DNA of 64,000 nucleotides from Octopus vulgaris (lineage: Eukaryota), in contig OX597814.1 of assembly GCA_951406725.2 (NCBI GenBank), positions 64,294,001 to 64,358,000 of the forward strand, written 5' to 3'. A model generated the notes under the pieces. It searched no databases. It worked only from the letters and a program-made list of their open reading frames with translations, and was not told the origin of the DNA. The position numbers and the translations under genes are program-made. Shown piece by piece: positions 57,491 to 64,000 of this stretch; the stretch's first letter is position 1; every line of letters starts with the position of its first letter.

Positions 57491-58530
57491 AAATATTTAT
57501 AAACATATCTCTCCTTTCATTCTCTCTCGTTTCCTCTCTCTCTCTCCTTTCATTCTCTATCTGTCTGTCTATCTGTCTCTCTCTTTCATTTCGCTCTCAT
57601 CCTTTCCCTTTTCACCTTACCAACTTTGTAACACCTCGTATGTGTGCATATGCGTGATAGAGTGCATGTGTGTGCGTGCGAGAGAGAGAGAAGGGGGAGA
57701 AAGGGAGAGAAAGAGAGAGAGCGAGAGAGGGAGGGAGGGAGAGATAGAGAAAGTGAGAGTGAGAGACAGATAGAGAGAGAGAAGCAGAGAGAAAGGGTGA
57801 GATAGAGAGAGGGAGAGGGAGTGTGTGTGTGCGTGCGTGCGTATGTGTGTGTGTGTGTAACTTCTGAACATCGTATTTTTCACACATGTGAACACATGCA
57901 TTCGCATACACCTTCTCGTGGATTCGAGTCGTTCACACACACACACGCAAACACTCAAGCAAAACATGCACACTCATATACATTCAAATACATAATTATA
58001 CACTCATACAGACACGCATACACTAACACGCACACAAACACACACACATAGTCATACAAACAACACATGCATGCGAGCAACCATTCATACATATACACTG
58101 CAAGCACAACCACAGGCGGAAACACAAACAAACCCACACCTTGAGTGGATTTTAGTCGAGTGAATCGACCTCAGTACTTATATTCTTTTAAAGCCTGGTA
58201 CTTATTCTATCGGTTCATTTTGCTGAACCGCAAGTTTACGGGGACGTAAACACACCAACACCGATTGTCAAGCGGTGATGTGGGACAAACAGAGACACAA
58301 AGACACGCACACACAAATACGCACCCCACCACATATATATGTACGACGGGCTTCTTTCAGTTTCCACTCACAAGGCTTTGGTCGACCCTAGGGATATAGT
58401 AGAAGACACACTTGCCCAAAGTGCCACGCGGTAAGACTGAACCAAGAACCATATTGTTGGTAAGTCAAAAACGAACGTAAGGACGTGCACAAGAATTATA
58501 TTTGTTTAACGTTCGGTGAAAGGAGAGAGT

Positions 58531-58563
58531 TTTAACGTTTCGAGCATGGCTTTTCGTTGGAAA
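58531..58563 (-). ncRNA. Decayed minimal hammerhead
   Basis: Minus strand ttt-CCAACGA-aaagc-cat-gctc-GAAA-CG-TT-aaa. Confidence 0.4.
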
Positions 58564-58649
58564 GGAGAAAGGGAAAAGTCCGAAGAAAATAGAAAAAAGA
58601 AAATCGCTAACGGTCCATGTGTGGTCCCATTTTTTAATATAAATATATA

Positions 58650-59897
58650 CACAGACATGCAGGAAGTAAATAGATACCTTTAATTTTTAAAACTCTTTTA
58701 TTTAATACGCAAAGCGAACAATTGAAATGTAATCGATAGGTAGGACACATACTTTAGCATTTAGTTGACATTCCCTTTGCAATTTTTAATTCAGAAACTC
58801 TTTTTGGCATTGAACTGAGCTTTGTGATTGTCTCTTGTGGAATTTCTGCCCACTTTCTGTGCAACAATCGAAACAATTCATCTTTAGATTTAGGTTTCTG
58901 TCGAAGTTTTCATATAGTTCTATCTAGTATGCTCCAAAGATTTTCAATTGGGTTCATGTCAGGAGATTGGCTGGGTCAAGGAAACTTTTTGATCCCATTT
59001 TCAGTTAACCATTTTTTATTCCTTTTCGCTGTGTTGCATGGAGCCCCATCTTCTATGACTAAAAACTCAGTTTTCGATATGTTATCGTGTGAATACATAG
59101 GAAGTAGTCTTTGCTTAAGTATTTCGATGTATTTTTCCAACACATTCGATCAACTCAGAACGAACATTGCTGGTGACAGCTCCCCATACCATTACAGAGA
59201 TACCGCCATGTTTCACAGTTGGTTGGAATCGTTTCAAATCAAATTCTTGATTGGGAAGCTTCCAGACCCAAACACGTCCACTGTCTGAAAATAATGTAAA
59301 TCTGGATTAATCTGTGAAAATCACTCTATCCCAAAATGAACTGGATTTTTCTGACATCTCCTTAGCTCATTTCTTTCCTTTCATTATATTAATTGGTTGA
59401 AGTAGAGGTTTTCTTCTAGCTGCTCATCCATAATACCCAAGCTTATGCAGATATATAACACACGTTCTTGGACTATCTTCTAGCTGTTTTGCAATGTCAG
59501 AAACCTTCGAACGGGGTTTTCTACAATTCTCTTCAAACAGCGAAGCTTCCTTTCCAAGGGCCCAGGTCGGCCGGGACGAGAATTTATTGATTCTACTCCT
59601 TGGCTTTTGAATTGCACTATTAACAGTAGCAAGAAGAATTTGAAGATTTTCAGCAATTTTTCGCTGGCTAAGACCAGCCTCAGATTACCCAGCGATACGA
59701 CCCTTTGAAAATCTGACAGTTCTGTTGAATCTTTTTGTGTGTGGCTTGGTTACTCTTCGCAAATGTTTAAAATAATGGCACCTGGAATGAAAAAGAATAA
59801 TTACATTGTAAATTCTACACCGCTGAAAATATATTAAGATACTTAGACCAGAAATTTTGAAAATTAAAGGTGTCTATTTACTTCCTGCATGTTTGTG
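58650..59897 (-). mobile_element. Second Tc1 family element with a dead transposase
   Basis: TIR cacagacatgcaggaagtaaataga/tctatttacttcctgcatgtttgtg; TA on both sides; SQSPDMNPIENLW. Confidence 0.93.
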
Positions 59898-59905
59898 TAT
59901 ATACA

Positions 59906-59944
<39 letters not shown>

Positions 59945-59999
59945 ATATACATACATATATATATGTGTGTGTATATATATATATTGATATTACACACAT

Positions 60000-60049
<50 letters not shown>

Positions 60050-60825
60050 GTGTATGTATGTATATGTACATTTATATACATATATATATATGTGTGTTAA
60101 CGAGTAAGTTTTTTTTATATATGCATATATATGTATATATCTATACACGCGCGCACACATACGCACGCTCACACACACATAGATATATAATATATATGTA
60201 AATGCTTGAATCTACGTTTTATGTACATAAATATATATTCATAAACATGCCCGAACACACATATATACCGGACTGCGGCTATGCTGGGGCATCACCTTGA
60301 ATGGTTTTAGTTAAACATATCGACCCCATTGCTTATTTCTTAAGCCTGGTACTTATTTTACCGATCTCCTTTGCCGAGTCACTAAGTTACGGGGACACAA
60401 ACAAACCAACACCGGCTGCCAAGCGGTGGTGGGGAAGACCAACCCAAACATAGACACACACACGAATGAATACGTACATACGATGGGGTTTTTTCAGCTT
60501 TCATTTGTCACACCCTTTGGTCGACCCGTGGCCATAGTAGAAGATACTTGACACATATGCCAAGCAGTGGGATTGAACTCGAAACCATGTAGTTGAGAAG
60601 AAAACGCCTTACTACACAGTCACGTCTGTGCATCTATTCTTCATTTACCTATTGCAAATTCTGAATTTTATTAGCATATTTAAATGCAAAGAAATAGAAA
60701 AGAAGAGAGATAAGAAAGGAAAAGAAAGAAAAGGAAAAAATGTGTGTGTATGTGGTGGGGGGATAAAGCTGAAGAAGATGGAGAGGAAGTGGGTGTCAGG
60801 TCACCTATCTAAAAACAAATAGTGT

Positions 60826-61050
60826 GCTCAACCGCGCCCTGCTGTAATGATCACAATGGCGTTGCCGAGGGGAATGGCCAGCGACACTCGCTGCAGCAGC
60901 CACTCCACCTCGCGGGGCTCATTTCTTTGACGGGCCGTCATTATCCCTATTTTGCGGAGGAACTCGGCAATACGGAGTCTTAGAACACCTGAAGTCTCGA
61001 CAACAACCGGCACAAAGTGATAACCGCCGACCATGGCCCCCTGCGTTATT
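60826..61050 (-). mobile_element. CRE-like RLE non-LTR retrotransposon C-terminal fragment
   Basis: YHFVPVVVETSG..FLRKIG..PRE..LLQRVSLAI.LGNA. Confidence 0.7.
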
Positions 61051-61232
61051 GAGTCGCAGTTTGGTCTGGTATTTCTCGCTGCCAATCCTCAGATAACTGT
61101 TCTAATAATGTTTGAAGTTACTTTGGATATCTGTTGCGGGTAACGCTGAAAACAATACTGATAGCGGGAATTACTAGGTAGTTTCATTTTTGCTGAAACA
61201 ATGAATAGAAATGAATACTACAAATGTATTAA

Positions 61233-61456
61233 CCCTTTCGTTACCAACCCGGCTGAAACTGGCTCTGGCTCTGAGTAAAAATGTCTTGTTTTCATAAATT
61301 TTGAATTAAAATCTTTCTCCAAACCTTAGTCACAATTTATGTTCCTAATACTAGCTTAATGATAACTAAGTTATTTTACTAAATTCTTTGTTATATTTTA
61401 AGTAATTAATTGAAAGAAACACAGAGCATCTCAAAATAAATACAGTAATGAAAGGG
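61233..61456. mobile_element. piggyBac-type MITE
   Basis: TTAA TSD; TIR ccctttcgttac/gtaatgaaaggg. Confidence 0.85.
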
Positions 61457-62058
61457 TTAAAAGTTTTAAAGAATTTATGAAGATTTAAAACAATTTCTAA
61501 AGATTGGTCTTTAGAATATGCCTGTGGTTCGTGTGTTCTTTTATAGAGATGTTTTTTACACTTTTATGCAACAATTTTTCTCTTGTCCTCTCAGCTCTTC
61601 ATTCTCTCTCTCTCTTTCCTTCTCTTTCTCTTTCTCTTTATCTCGTTTGCACGCTCGCGCGCGCACACACGCACACACTGTTTTATCACTTGCCTCTTTG
61701 TCTCTCTCACTGTCTTATCGCTCACGTTCTTTCTTTCACTATTTTATCCCTTCTCTTTCTCACTTTCTTTCTCCCCTTTACTCATTCTCTCTTCTCTCCC
61801 TCCCTCTCTCTTTCTTTCTTTCTCTTTGTCTCATCTTTTCCCTTTACCTTCCACTCTGTATATTCCAGTCTTTCCCTCCGCCCACAGTTTCTTTCCTGAT
61901 CCATATTACTTCTCATTGATTCACTTTATTATTCTTACCGTTTCTCTCACTTCCTGTTTCTATCTATCTGTCTGTCTGCCGGCCTGTCTGTCTGTCTGTC
62001 TGTCTGTCTGATAGTCTGTCTATTTATCTATCTATCAATCTATTTATCTGTGTGTCTG

Positions 62059-62163
<105 letters not shown>

Positions 62164-63256
62164 AAAATCACATCCCTTCAACAACAGTTGCTTAAAAGAT
62201 GATTCTGTTTGGTTCTGTCAGACACTTCGTCGTTCACAGGTTGAACTTAACTACTATGCAGTCCCTCCCGGGACAGCGTAAACTGTGACATAGGCAGTTG
62301 AAATAATTTATTGATACGATCAAATGGAACCCTTGAATCTACATCTAGTCCTCACATATATGACGTTCACCCATATAACTACAATTGATTGACGATCTTC
62401 TCCTCACAGCCATCTTTTTCTTTTCAAGCTATTCTATTCTGTTGTTTTCACTCTATTCTAACGTTGTTTCAAGTCAAATCTTAAGTCAGCAACTTTTTGG
62501 TGTGTGTGTGGGGTGGGTAGAGACGATTAAATCGAACACACTATATGACTGGTACATATTTTATCAACACCACAGAAGAGAAAGTCTACAAATTTGTAAG
62601 CCGGATTAAGGCCTACTGATGCCCTAAGCAAAGGCCAGCAATGGGATCCCTCGAACATTTAATTGTCTGACAAATAAATGTATTAAGAGAACGTGATCCA
62701 TATGAATATTTGACAGCTAGTTCAGTGGGACCGAATCGGAAACCATGTGGCAGCAAAGTGAGTTTATTTTTTAACTTTACAGCCATACCTCCACCTATAA
62801 GGGTTTTCCGAGGAATCGATTACAAAAAAAAAAGAAAAAAAGAAAGAAAAAGAAGCACTGATACCAAATGTACACAACAGTTAAGGAAATGTCACTTTGA
62901 TTTCTTCCAACGACATAAGATAAAGAATTTGGAGGGAAAACAAGACGGTTGATTGAACAAACTTTAGAACAGCAGTTCTCAACCATTTTTTACTTATGGA
63001 CCCCTTTGATTCCTATTTTATTCCAGTGGACCCCATATATATTTCTTTTATTCTTTTACTTGTTTCCCTCATTTGACTGCGGCCATGCTGGAGCATCGCC
63101 TCGAAGGGTTTTTAGTCGAACAAATCGACCCTAAGACTTGTTTTTTTTAAAGCTTAGTACTTATTCTATCGCTCTCATTGCCGAACCGCTATACTACAGG
63201 GACATAAACATACCAACACCGGTTGACAAGCGGTGATGGGGCACCAATACAAAGAC

Positions 63257-63289
<33 letters not shown>

Positions 63290-63291
63290 CA

Positions 63292-63327
<36 letters not shown>

Positions 63328-63331
63328 TATA

Positions 63332-63878
63332 CGAGCAAAACGCACCCGTCCAATGGACGGTACTGAATCATATCTGCTGAATATAAAGCAATCAGTGTTT
63401 TCTTTTCATTAAAAAATAATTAAGCATGCCTTTATTTCAATAAAATCTTTGGTTTTGTTAAACGAAGTTAAGGCAAAAAAAGAAAAACTTCTTGAGAAAC
63501 CAAATAGTCTTTCCTTCCTTTATGCTAAGTTTGAAGAAAATATCTCTTTTGCATCTTACTTTTTTGGTCTTAAATATACTGCATTTTGTGGCGTTATTTC
63601 AAACCAGCCGGTTTTTTTGCGCAAACTGCACGTGCATTTTTCTTGTGTACGCGTAGTATCGATCGCAACAGCTGATACTTGCGTATACAAAGGCACATTT
63701 CCACGGCTTTATCGATCGCATTCTCACCTGGAATCGATCTTTGTAATTTTTTGAAGACTTATACACGCCCTGATACCGTTAGTATCTACATATCAAATTT
63801 AAGCGCAATCGGAAGGAGGATGCCCGAGATCCTAGAAGAAACACACACAGACAGACAGAACGGATTTTATATAATAGA
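63332..63878 (-). mobile_element. Helitron-like element inserted in the internal microsatellite of a SINE A copy (63045-64000)
   Basis: Minus strand A|TCTATTATATAAA..(tctg)n; 3' hairpin ccgtcca-a-tggacgg; ends CTCG rather than CTAG. Confidence 0.65.
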
Positions 63879-64000
63879 TAAATATATAGGCACGACGGGC
63901 TTCTTTCCGTTTCCATCTACCAAATCCACTCACAAGGCTTTGGTGGGCCCGAAACTACAGAAGAAGACACTTGCTCAAGGTGTTCTGCAATGGGACTGAA

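Overview
Eukaryotic, AT-rich, microsatellite-saturated DNA with no recognisable host protein-coding gene. It is intergenic or part of a large intron, and the SINE set resembles an octopus/cephalopod genome (inference). Most long ORFs in the track are microsatellite artefacts. The real content is a layered mobile-element landscape: R4/Dong-like RLE retrotransposon tails and a 558-bp non-coding element nested in (AAT)n; Tx1/L1-, CR1-, RTE- and CRE-like LINE relics; a split, partly inverted Penelope-like RT; Tc1, mariner, Merlin, hAT and piggyBac-type elements; four Helitron-like elements; and several tRNA-derived SINE families. The best candidate for a new system is a family of short non-coding repeats abutting (TA)n (26884-27026, 47358-47499, 48039-48160, partial 48985-49021). 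They carry the hammerhead-ribozyme core modules in a non-circularly permuted, multi-pseudoknotted order (UH strand, then GAAA strand, then CUGANGA strand), with compensatory changes between copies. Several canonical minimal type I hammerheads are also present, one inside a perfect 132-bp palindrome. All alignments and folds were done by eye.
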